A stretch of DNA of 64,000 nucleotides from Eubacteriales bacterium (GTDB taxonomy: Bacteria > Bacillota > Clostridia > Oscillospirales > CAG-272), in the NCBI GenBank assembly GCA_045543375.1, contig JAZQMI010000119.1, positions 5,236 through 69,235 on the forward strand, written 5' to 3'. Both the position numbers and the translations under genes were made by a program. The notes under the pieces were generated by a model. It made no database searches. It was not told the DNA's origin and saw nothing but the letters and a program-made list of their open reading frames with translations. This document shows, piece after piece, positions 43,655 to 51,898 of this stretch. How positions within the stretch are numbered: the first letter of the stretch is position 1; the number at the start of each line of letters is the position of its first letter.

Positions 43655-44983
43655 TTATATCCTCGCGTTATCCATGATTTTTTGTGCGGTTGATTGGGGC
43701 GGTTCGTTGTCGTCAACAGACAAATGGACATCCGCAGCCGAGCAATAGATTTCATATCGCTCCAAATAGCGTTGGCGCAGCAGCTCAGAATCTGCCGACA
43801 AGGGACGGTCCGGCGTTGCTTGCAGGGATTCAAGTGTACGATCAAGGAAATACAGCAGACCGTTTCGCTTCAACCGCTTGACGTTTTGTGCATCAAGAAC
43901 GGCGCCCCCACCGGTAGCAATAATCACGCCACTCATTGGCGCGATTTTGTCACGAATGATCTCCGATTCTATTTTGCGAAAAGCAGCTTCGCCGTGCTGC
44001 ATAATGATTGCAGCCGGTGTCATGCCGACAGCCTTGGTAATCTCCTCATCGGTGTCAATCAGCTCCCTGCCAAGCATCTTCGACAGCAGTTGGCCGACGG
44101 TTGTTTTGCCGCAACCAGGCATGCCGATCAGCACGATATTTTGCTTTTGATGTTGCAATGCATTGGTGATGTGCTCAATAATCTGACCGTTCACGCTACA
44201 ATCCAAGAAGCGCTCCGTAGCAGCCGCAGCCTGGGCAACCAACATGGCAAGCCCTCCCACAGCGGGGATTTTAAGCTCTTTTGCGGCCATGATGAGCTTC
44301 GTGCGCAACGGGTGATAGATGGCATCAAATACGCCGCAAAGTCCCTTAAAATCGCGCAAAGACAGATTGTTGGGCAGCGGGCATGCTTCGTCATTTGGAA
44401 ACATGCCAACCGGCGTTGTGTTGATGATGATTTCGGCATCGGTATGCAGGCAAAGCTCGTCATAAGTCAAGCAACCGTCTTGCTTTTGACGAGAAACCTT
44501 GAGGATCTCTCGCGCACCCATGTGCTTTGCCACGACGTATGCCGTTTTAGACGTTCCGCCGGTGCCAAAGATCAGTACCTTTTTGCCATTCAAATCAACA
44601 CCGCTTGACGCGATAAGATAATTCATGCCGTAAAAATCGGTGTTATCACCTATCAATCGCCCGTCACAGTTGACGATCGTGTTGACGGCACCGATCTCGC
44701 GCGCGACGTCGGTCAGCTCATCCAGATGCGGAATGACCGCTTGCTTATACGGAATGGTCACATTGATGCCACGAAAGCCTTTACGCTCAAAAAAATCCGA
44801 GAGCTCGTCGGGACGCAGTTCTTGAAGCGTGTAATGATAGCATGGCTCCGTCGCATGTTGATCGGCCAAGGCCAACCCGAGAAGATGATGGATCTCACCC
44901 GAAAAGCTGTGGCCGAGATGTTCAGCAATGCAGCCATATTCGGTTATTGTTCCCATGTAATTCATGACGGTCGGTCCTTCCAA
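43655..44983 (-). CDS. aroE/aroK: bifunctional shikimate dehydrogenase / shikimate kinase fusion
   Basis: The N-terminal roughly 280 aa resemble AroE (SFS...H, NVT.P.K, GTGG Rossmann). The C-terminal roughly 160 aa resemble AroK (GMPGCGKTTVG Walker A, DTDE). Confidence 0.88.
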   Translation of the reverse strand: MEGPTVMNYMGTITEYGCIAEHLGHSFSGEIHHLLGLALADQHATEPCYHYTLQELRPDELSDFFERKGFRGINVTIPYKQAVIPHLDELTDVAREIGAVNTIVNCDGRLIGDNTDFYGMNYLIASSGVDLNGKKVLIFGTGGTSKTAYVVAKHMGAREILKVSRQKQDGCLTYDELCLHTDAEIIINTTPVGMFPNDEACPLPNNLSLRDFKGLCGVFDAIYHPLRTKLIMAAKELKIPAVGGLAMLVAQAAAATERFLDCSVNGQIIEHITNALQHQKQNIVLIGMPGCGKTTVGQLLSKMLGRELIDTDEEITKAVGMTPAAIIMQHGEAAFRKIESEIIRDKIAPMSGVIIATGGGAVLDAQNVKRLKRNGLLYFLDRTLESLQATPDRPLSADSELLRQRYLERYEIYCSAADVHLSVDDNEPPQSTAQKIMDNARI

Positions 44984-46077
44984 AAGCCTTCGGTACCGTA
45001 ACGCTGTGTCAGCAAATCAGCAAGAACGAGTGCGCATACGCTGTCTACCACAACACGTGCACGGTGAACGATACACGGATCGTGTCTTCCCTTTCCGGGA
45101 TACTCAACATTTTCATTTTTAATAAAATCTACCGTGCGCTGCGTCTTGACAATGGAGGGCGTCGGTTTGATAGCACAGCGCAACACAAGCGGCATGCCGT
45201 TGGAAATTCCACCGTTGATGCCACCGTTGTTGTTGGTTTCGGTCACAATCTGACCGTCCACAGCGCGCAAAGCGTCGTTAGCCTCACTTCCGCGCATGTC
45301 GGCAAGCGCAAATCCCGCGCCAAACTCTACGCCCTTGACAGCAGGAACAGAGAAAAGCGCGTGAGAAAGCATGCTCTCAAGGCTGTCAAACCACGGTTCG
45401 CCAAGTCCTGCAGGCAGCCCGACCACAGCACATTCCAGTACGCCGCCGACGCTATCGCCATCCAATCTTGCCTGCTCGATGGCCTGCATCATTTGCTCGC
45501 CCGCCAACTCGTTCAGAACAGAAAATTGTTTATCTTCAAGCGTCTTCAACTGCGCGCGGAGTTCCGAAGTATTTGTATCAAAAGCGGCATCTGCGATACC
45601 TGCGCATTTTGCAATATGCGTACCAATGTCGATCCCTTTTGCGCGAAGCGCGGGAATGACAAGCGCTCCGGCTGCCACCAATGCGGCAGTAATGCGACCG
45701 CTGAAGTGACCGCCCCCACGTCCATCCTGGGCCCCGTGATATTTGCATTCGGCCGTGTAGTCCGCATGTCCTGGACGTGCGATGCTTACGGTATAATCCT
45801 CGCTTCGCGTGTCCGTGTTGGGAATGAGAATGCAAATAGGTGTGCCCGTCGTTCGTCCGTGGTATACGCCACTGACGATCTGAAATTCATCCTGCTCACG
45901 TCTGGCCGTAGAGATGCTTCCGACCGGACGGCGGAGCGTCAATTGATGTCGAATGAACGCTTCGTCAACGGCAAGTCCCGGAGCAAGTCCGTCGATGACG
46001 GCACCAATCTGTGCGCCGTGGCTTTCTCCGAATATGGTGACGCTGACAGCATTTCCAAGTGTATTTTTCATTCTCAT
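44962..46077 (-). CDS. aroC: chorismate synthase
   Basis: GESHG, RPGHAD and the GRHDPC-like GKGRHDPCIV signature are present. Confidence 0.95.
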   Translation of the reverse strand: MRMKNTLGNAVSVTIFGESHGAQIGAVIDGLAPGLAVDEAFIRHQLTLRRPVGSISTARREQDEFQIVSGVYHGRTTGTPICILIPNTDTRSEDYTVSIARPGHADYTAECKYHGAQDGRGGGHFSGRITAALVAAGALVIPALRAKGIDIGTHIAKCAGIADAAFDTNTSELRAQLKTLEDKQFSVLNELAGEQMMQAIEQARLDGDSVGGVLECAVVGLPAGLGEPWFDSLESMLSHALFSVPAVKGVEFGAGFALADMRGSEANDALRAVDGQIVTETNNNGGINGGISNGMPLVLRCAIKPTPSIVKTQRTVDFIKNENVEYPGKGRHDPCIVHRARVVVDSVCALVLADLLTQRYGTEGFWKDRPS

Positions 46078-46083
46078 GCTCCT

Positions 46084-47163
46084 TCATTTACTTGCAGCAC
46101 CGTGCAGCAATTGCATGAGCTGCTCAGGCGTTTTCTTTTGTATTTCAAACGTTCCGATATGGTTGACGTATACGGCATTGATATCATTTCCTGCCGCTTT
46201 TTTGTCGTGTTTGAGGGCTTCCAACAGCTCATCATCCGACGGCAAATACTCGAGCTTGTAGGGCAAATAGTTTTGTTTGAGCACTCGTGCCAGACGGGTG
46301 CGAACATCGTAATCGCACATAGGCAGCATACCAAGCGCAACGCATTCGCCGTGATAACGCTCATCAAGACCGCTACAACTCTCGATTGCATGCCCCAGCG
46401 TGTGTCCGAAATTGAGCACGCGGCGAAGTCCGCCTTCTCTTTCGTCCTGCTCTACAACGTTGATTTTAATGCGCAAAGCTCCTATAATGAAATGATCTAT
46501 TTCGCTCGAGAGCCCTGTGTCATCAGAGAAAAGGCTGGCGGCTTCCATTTGTTCAAACAACGTTTCATCGCACGTCATTGCCATTTTGATAATCTCTGCC
46601 ATTCCGTCCGCGATGCGTCGGCGGGGTAAGGTGTTGAGCGTACAAGGGTCGATCACAACAGCTTTGGGTTGCCAGAAGGCTCCGATCATATTTTTATATC
46701 CGTTCAGATTAACTGCGGTCTTGCCACCGACGGAAGCATCGACTTGTGAGAGCAGCGTTGTGGGAATATTGTAAAAATCAATGCCGCGCATATAGATGGC
46801 TGCGGCAAAGCCTGCGAGATCGGTCACAACGCCGCCACCGACCGCAACAATAGCATCCTGACGGTCAAAATGAAGTGACAGAAGATCGTCGAGCAGCTTG
46901 CGCAAATTGTCAAAATTCTTATTTATTTCGCCTTGCGGAAAGCAGAAAATCAGCGACGCCTCAAGCTGATCGGCAACTGTTTGCACGTATTGTTCGGGAA
47001 CACCGCTGTCGGTGACGATACACACGCGACGCCCGTTCAGCGGCAAAAGCTTGGACAGCCCGGCAAGAGCTCCTCTCTCAACGTAAATGGGATAGCTTGT
47101 GGCGTTGGTGTTGACGGTTAAAGTCATGTCAACGCTCCTTTCTGTTTTATCACTCGGTAACAT
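46084..47163 (-). CDS. aroB: 3-dehydroquinate synthase
   Basis: GGGVVTDLAGFAA and the metal-site block FGHT.GHAIE are present. Confidence 0.93.
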   Translation of the reverse strand: MLPSDKTERSVDMTLTVNTNATSYPIYVERGALAGLSKLLPLNGRRVCIVTDSGVPEQYVQTVADQLEASLIFCFPQGEINKNFDNLRKLLDDLLSLHFDRQDAIVAVGGGVVTDLAGFAAAIYMRGIDFYNIPTTLLSQVDASVGGKTAVNLNGYKNMIGAFWQPKAVVIDPCTLNTLPRRRIADGMAEIIKMAMTCDETLFEQMEAASLFSDDTGLSSEIDHFIIGALRIKINVVEQDEREGGLRRVLNFGHTLGHAIESCSGLDERYHGECVALGMLPMCDYDVRTRLARVLKQNYLPYKLEYLPSDDELLEALKHDKKAAGNDINAVYVNHIGTFEIQKKTPEQLMQLLHGAASK

Positions 47164-48271
47164 CCGGTGTGTTCAATCTCAACTCATTCTCATACGAACC
47201 GAGTACGCGGACGGTTTCGCAGACTTGCTTTAAATCCTCGAGCATTTTCTTTCCGTTTTCATCAAACAGATTTCCTTCGCCCTCGGCAAAGAAATAATAC
47301 GACCAGTTGCTCTTTTTCGTCGGACGGCTCTTGAGCGCACGCAAATTAAATCCCGTTTCTCCGATCACGTCAATCGCCTTACCCAGTGCACCTGCTTGAT
47401 GTCGCACAGTGAAAAGCAGAAGAAACCGGCCGTCGCGTTTTTGCGGCTGGCGCATCACGCGAGAAAAGACGGCAAAGCGCGTTGTGTTGGCGTTGTCGCT
47501 GCCGATGTTAGAGGCCAAGACCGAAAGTCCGTAGCGCTGTGCTGCTTCTCTCGTTCCGATGGCTGCGACACTCATATTCCCGGCTTGTGCAACAGCTTGG
47601 GCAGCGGCTGCGGTATTGACGGCCTCTTGGGTTTCCCATCCGTTTTCGCGCAGATAAGGAGCGCATTGCGAAAGAGCCTGCGGATGACTGAGGACGGTTT
47701 TCACATCGCTCAGTGTAGCCCCCGGAACGCCAAGCAGGTTTTGTTCAATTTCAAGTTCATAGATGCCCGTTACGAACAACGATCCTGCATATGCCAGATC
47801 GAGTACCTGCGCCACGTCGCCGCCAATGCTGTTTTCAATAGGCAATACAGCGCATTCACATTCGCCATCCTCGACCGCCTTGTATGCCGCATCGAAATCG
47901 GCGCAAGGAATGAGCGCGGCATCCGGAAAGATCGACTTGGCTGCTTGTTCGGCAAAAGCACCGGGCACGCCGCTGTACGCGATTTTCTCGCCCTCCAACA
48001 AGCGATGCTGGTAACGGCGAGATATGGCCATGGTCGACTTCAAAAAGGAAACGTAATACGAACGTAACTCCTCGTCTTCGATCAGCGCCGAATTGCGGGA
48101 AACGACCTCGCGTTCGCGCTCGGCGTCATAAACGGGCAAGCCGTGGCTCTTTTTGTATTCGGCAACTGCCTGCGCTGCGCGGAAGCGGCGACAGAACAGC
48201 TCTGCCATCCGGCGATCGACCTCATTGATTTCAGCACGAGCCTCTATGAGCAAATTGTCCTTTGGTTGCAT
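47150..48271 (-). CDS. pheA: bifunctional chorismate mutase / prephenate dehydratase (P-protein) with ACT domain
   Basis: N-terminal AroQ-type chorismate mutase helices, a prephenate dehydratase core (..PIENS..G.V.., TRF) and a C-terminal ACT domain. Confidence 0.9.
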   Translation of the reverse strand: MQPKDNLLIEARAEINEVDRRMAELFCRRFRAAQAVAEYKKSHGLPVYDAEREREVVSRNSALIEDEELRSYYVSFLKSTMAISRRYQHRLLEGEKIAYSGVPGAFAEQAAKSIFPDAALIPCADFDAAYKAVEDGECECAVLPIENSIGGDVAQVLDLAYAGSLFVTGIYELEIEQNLLGVPGATLSDVKTVLSHPQALSQCAPYLRENGWETQEAVNTAAAAQAVAQAGNMSVAAIGTREAAQRYGLSVLASNIGSDNANTTRFAVFSRVMRQPQKRDGRFLLLFTVRHQAGALGKAIDVIGETGFNLRALKSRPTKKSNWSYYFFAEGEGNLFDENGKKMLEDLKQVCETVRVLGSYENELRLNTPDVTE

Positions 48272-48290
48272 GTTATGTTCTCCTCAAAAT

Positions 48291-49328
48291 TTAAAGGATA
48301 TCGGCCATTTCTTTGACGAGCTGCTCCGTCTTTTCCCAGCCAAGGCAAGGGTCAGTGATGGATTGACCCAAACAGTAGCTACCGTCAGAGGCGACCTTTT
48401 GCGTACCGTCGATCAGGTAGCTTTCGATCATGAGTCCCTTGACAAGGCGTTTGAGATCTTCGCTCTGACGGCGACTATGCAGTACGTCTTTGGCGATACG
48501 CGGTTGCTCCGTGTAATTCTTGCCCGAGTTGGCATGGTTGGTATCCACGATCACAGCCGGATTCTTCAAGCACGTCTTTTCGTACAACGCCTGCAATTGG
48601 CGCAGATCCTCATAATGATAGTTCGAACAGTTCGAACCGTCGAATTTGGTGTAACCGCGTAAAATGGCATGGGCGTAAGGGTTGCCTTCACTGACGACCT
48701 CCCATCCACGATACAGGAAGGTATGCGACGTCTGTCCCGCGCGAATGGAATTCATCATGACGCCAAGATCACCGCCCGTCGGGTTTTTCATACCGACCGG
48801 AATATCAAGACCGCTGGCGGTCAGTCTGTGCTGCTGATCCTCGACCGAGCGTGCGCCGACGGCGACGTAGGACAGAAGATCCGACAGATAACGGTGATTT
48901 TCAGGATACAGCATTTCGTCTGCACAAGAGAAGCCGTAATCGGCAAGCGCGGTTCTGTGCAGCTCACGAATGGACACGATTCCCTTGAGCATATCCTCGT
49001 GCGCGGCCGGGTCGGGCTGATGCAGCATGCCCTTATAGCCCTCGCCCGTGGTACGCGGCTTGTTGGTATAAATGCGAGGAATGATAAGGATCTTATCCTC
49101 AACCTCATTTTGAAGCAATCTCAATTTGGAAATATATTCAAGCACGGGCTCGCGCGCATCGGCCGAGCAAGGACCGATCACAAGAATGAGCTTGTCTGAT
49201 TCTCCGGTGAAAATGCGGCGAATCTCTTCATCTCTTGATGCTTTGATGGCGGCCATTTCCGGTGTAACGGGGTATTCCTTTTTTATTTCCTGGGGAATGG
49301 GAAGCTTGCGCAAGAAATTCATATTCAT
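48291..49328 (-). CDS. aroG: 3-deoxy-7-phosphoheptulonate (DAHP) synthase, class I AroF/G/H type
   Basis: Collinear similarity to E. coli AroG (VIGPCS, KPRTT, GARS.E.Q.HR..ASG, D.NHANS, ITD.C.GWE). Confidence 0.88.
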   Translation of the reverse strand: MNMNFLRKLPIPQEIKKEYPVTPEMAAIKASRDEEIRRIFTGESDKLILVIGPCSADAREPVLEYISKLRLLQNEVEDKILIIPRIYTNKPRTTGEGYKGMLHQPDPAAHEDMLKGIVSIRELHRTALADYGFSCADEMLYPENHRYLSDLLSYVAVGARSVEDQQHRLTASGLDIPVGMKNPTGGDLGVMMNSIRAGQTSHTFLYRGWEVVSEGNPYAHAILRGYTKFDGSNCSNYHYEDLRQLQALYEKTCLKNPAVIVDTNHANSGKNYTEQPRIAKDVLHSRRQSEDLKRLVKGLMIESYLIDGTQKVASDGSYCLGQSITDPCLGWEKTEQLVKEMADIL

Positions 49329-49358
49329 AACAGTTTTCTCCGATCATTTTATAGAGTT

Positions 49359-50276
49359 TTATTGTTTATCGAATCCGATACGGCGCTGTGTCGAGGTACG
49401 CATCATGGTGCGCATACGCTCGGCATCGCCACTTGCCAATGCGTTACGCATGGCGCCAAATCGCTCGGCGAACAGATCCATTTGTTCGAGCAGCGCGTCG
49501 CGATTGGACAGAAAAAGTTCCGTCCACATGGTGTCGTTAATTTTCGCAATTCGTGTCAGATCACGGAAGGAATCTCCCGTCAGCCTTGCCAAACGAGCGA
49601 GGTCGGTATGGGAATCTTGCTCTCTTCCCTCTCCTGCGCAACACATCAGCGATACCGCGATGGCGTGTGTCAACTGCGATAAGTAAGCAATCATTCGGTC
49701 GTGCTCTTCGATCGAGAGTCGTGTGATACGACCGAAGCCCAACAGACGACCGAGCTGCTCACACACAAGAATAGCTTCAGACGTATTTTTCAAGGTGGGA
49801 ACGACCAGATAATTGGCATCTCGGAACATATCGGGTGTGGCGGCGCGGTAAACATCAAGCGCGCCATTGCCCATGAGTTCCTTTCCCGCCATCGGGTGCG
49901 CCGAAATAAACTCAACGCCCGGTGGAAGTAAGTTTTGCACCTCATCGACCACGCAGCCCTTGACACCCGTAACATCGGTCAACAAAGTGCCCTCGTGTAT
50001 CAAATGACCGTTTTGCTTGATCCATTCAACCATAACGGCGGGATACAAGCCAAATATAATAATGTCAGCTTGCCCGATCAATTGCGCATTGACCTGCGTG
50101 TCGCCCTCGGCAATTGTACCGTCAGCCAATGCTGCGTCGACAACCTCTCGCGAAAGCGTAATGCCCAACACGCGATACCCCTTTTGCGCGAGCGCTTTAG
50201 CATAGGCGGTGCCTATCAGGCCCATGCCTACGATCAGAACTGTACAATCGGGGATCAGCTTTGGAAATCGTTTCAT
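49359..50276 (-). CDS. tyrA: prephenate dehydrogenase
   Basis: IVGMGLIGTAYA Rossmann motif and a HPMAG block. Start at ATG 50276 with AAAGGAGAG upstream. It is the first gene of the aro operon. Confidence 0.9.
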   Translation of the reverse strand: MKRFPKLIPDCTVLIVGMGLIGTAYAKALAQKGYRVLGITLSREVVDAALADGTIAEGDTQVNAQLIGQADIIIFGLYPAVMVEWIKQNGHLIHEGTLLTDVTGVKGCVVDEVQNLLPPGVEFISAHPMAGKELMGNGALDVYRAATPDMFRDANYLVVPTLKNTSEAILVCEQLGRLLGFGRITRLSIEEHDRMIAYLSQLTHAIAVSLMCCAGEGREQDSHTDLARLARLTGDSFRDLTRIAKINDTMWTELFLSNRDALLEQMDLFAERFGAMRNALASGDAERMRTMMRTSTQRRIGFDKQ

Positions 50277-50299
50277 TTTCAACTCTCCTTTGACATAAA

Positions 50300-50337
50300 T
50301 ATCAAAAGAGCGGTTTTGCACGTGCAAAACCGCTCCT
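50300..50337 (-). terminator. intrinsic terminator (candidate attenuator) in the aro operon leader
   Basis: Perfect palindromic stem GAGCGGTTTTGCAC/GTGCAAAACCGCTC (50308-50335) followed on the minus strand by TTTTGATATTT. Its stem ends about 19 nt before the tyrA ribosome-binding site. Confidence 0.85.
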
Positions 50338-50369
50338 TATCATCTTCTCTTGATGTGGAATGCAAACAC

Positions 50370-50597
50370 TTATGCGCTCATTGCTGCATAAGAAGTTTTT
50401 GTTTTGCGCGGCATATAAAATTGGTTCAAATAAAATCGATAGGTGCAATACGAATAATAGGCATACGCAAAAAAGGACACTGCATAGGCAGTATCCGCAT
50501 AGTTATCATTGGTGCTGACAATTCCGGCAACGCGCGCAGACAAAGCCGACGAATCCGTCGGTTCTACGTTCAGCATACGGCTAGCATTGCTTTGCAT
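50370..50597 (-). CDS. 75-codon Tyr/Phe-rich upstream ORF (candidate leader peptide for attenuation control)
   Basis: Internal ATG 50597 of the track ORF 50370..50771, preceded by GAAAGGTG. The peptide is MQSNASRMLNVEPTDSSALSARVAGIVSTNDNYADTAYAVSFFAYAYYSYCTYRFYLNQFYMPRKTKTSYAAMSA, with 10 Tyr, 4 Phe and no Trp. Confidence 0.5.
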   Translation of the reverse strand: MQSNASRMLNVEPTDSSALSARVAGIVSTNDNYADTAYAVSFFAYAYYSYCTYRFYLNQFYMPRKTKTSYAAMSA

Positions 50598-50633
50598 AAC
50601 GGTCAAACACCTTTCTTGTGAAACTATGAAAAT

Positions 50634-50662
50634 AGTATACACGATTTCTTTCGTTTTTTCAA
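50634..50662 (-). promoter_or_regulatory. promoter (TTGAAA-17-TATACT) for the leader ORF and aro operon
   Basis: On the minus strand TTGAAA is at 50662-50657 and TATACT at 50639-50634, with a 17-nt spacer. Confidence 0.65.
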
Positions 50663-50889
50663 TAGTAATATACACCAAAATAGCAAGAACGAAATGTAAT
50701 ATTTTGTTGTTTTTCACTATTTTCTTGACGCAGTAAATTTTGCACGTGTTTGAATTGGTCAAAATATCCAATTTTCCATTTCAAAAGCAAGCAAAAGTAC
50801 CAAACTTATCTTAGCTTTGGCAAATCCCCTTTTCAAATGATGAAATTTATGCTACAATAATAGCAATGAAAGAAAAGGAGGCTATTCCC

Positions 50890-51312
50890 ATGGCTATCAA
50901 AATGCGCGTGCTTTACGCGACCAGCAAAAAGAAAATGATCAATATTGCAAATTACATCAAGCAGAAATACGAGCTCACCCAGAATTCTGTGGACTGTGTT
51001 CCCCCTGCTTATTCCTGCGACAAAGAGCGCATCGTTGTTTTGGCATGCGCCGGTAAGAACGACGTTGAAGATGCTCTGCGCCGTTTCTGCATCGAGCTGA
51101 CCAAGGATCGCGCTGCCAACGTAGCGCTCCTGATCGACGGTACGCCGACGTATGCCGACAATATCAAGGCAATTTTGAAGAACGCCGGTACCAACGTGCT
51201 TGAGGACGTGATGTACATCAAGTGCGGTCTGTTCGGCTCGGCTGTCAAGCCCGAAGAACAGGCGGCAATCGTTGATTGGCTGGATAACAAGGTCATTTGC
51301 AATTTGAAGTAA
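50890..51312 (+). CDS. hypothetical protein (flavodoxin-like fold suspected only)
   Basis: ATG 50890 preceded by AAAGGAGG; about 140 aa. No family was confidently recognised. Confidence 0.6.
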   Translation: MAIKMRVLYATSKKKMINIANYIKQKYELTQNSVDCVPPAYSCDKERIVVLACAGKNDVEDALRRFCIELTKDRAANVALLIDGTPTYADNIKAILKNAGTNVLEDVMYIKCGLFGSAVKPEEQAAIVDWLDNKVICNLK

Positions 51313-51317
51313 TGAAG

Positions 51318-51349
51318 AGGTACGGAAGAATTCCCTTCCGTACCTTTTA
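51318..51349. terminator. intrinsic terminator
   Basis: AGGTACGGAAG / CTTCCGTACCT stem with a 6-nt loop, followed by TTTTAC. Confidence 0.8.
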
Positions 51350-51351
51350 CT

Positions 51352-51725
51352 TTATAACGTTACGTCAAAATATAAAATCGTGTGTCTGTTATGCTCAACC
51401 ACCAACCGAATGTGTCCGTCCTCATAAAAGCCGTCGGAATAATGATACGTTCCCGGAAAATCCGTCAATCTTATTTTACTTGCCCAGCTATTCATATCAT
51501 CGTCTGAAATCCAAAGCTCAAGTGGATAACGCCTCGTTTGGCTGGGTGTATGCAGAGGAGAGTGCTGACGCGGGATCAAGGTTCTTCCGTCGGTCGTCTG
51601 TATTGCTGCGCGGATGAAAGTGAATTCGGAAAAGAACGGAGGATGGCCTCCCCATGTAAAACCGTTGTCTTTGCCATGGAGAACATGCACTCTGTTTTCA
51701 TCACACGGCTCTCGAGTACCGTCAC
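51352..51725 (-). pseudogene. 3' remnant of a BNR/Asp-box (sialidase-like beta-propeller) gene
   Basis: The reading frame opens just after an in-frame TAA (51726-51728) and has no plausible start or ribosome-binding site. It contains Asp-box-like KDNGFTW and SDDDMNSW and only about 125 codons, whereas such proteins normally have more than 330 aa. Confidence 0.6.
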
Positions 51726-51853
51726 ATTAGCATACGCACAAAAGCTCTCCGTTTGCTACTCGCCCCATCAGCAACTCGCAAGCGAGTGTGCTGGTGTGGA
51801 TCTCTTTTTGATCGTTATCTGTTTTTCCATTTTTTTATCTCATTTCAAAGCGA

Positions 51854-51890
51854 AACGGACAACGCCATATACAAAATGGCGTTGTCCGTT
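51854..51890 (-). terminator. hairpin terminator downstream of prs
   Basis: 15-bp stem AACGGACAACGCCAT / ATGGCGTTGTCCGTT. The U-tract on the minus strand is weak (TTCGCTTTG). Confidence 0.6.
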
Positions 51891-51898
51891 ACTGCGTA

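Noticed and set aside
50277-50860. A T-box riboswitch upstream of the aromatic amino-acid operon, which is the usual Firmicute mechanism.
   Set aside because: I could not find the conserved T-box sequence (AAnnnGGGTGGTACCGCG-like), AGAGA/GNUGGA stem I elements or a specifier loop on the minus strand. The leader-peptide model fits better, but cmscan should confirm this.
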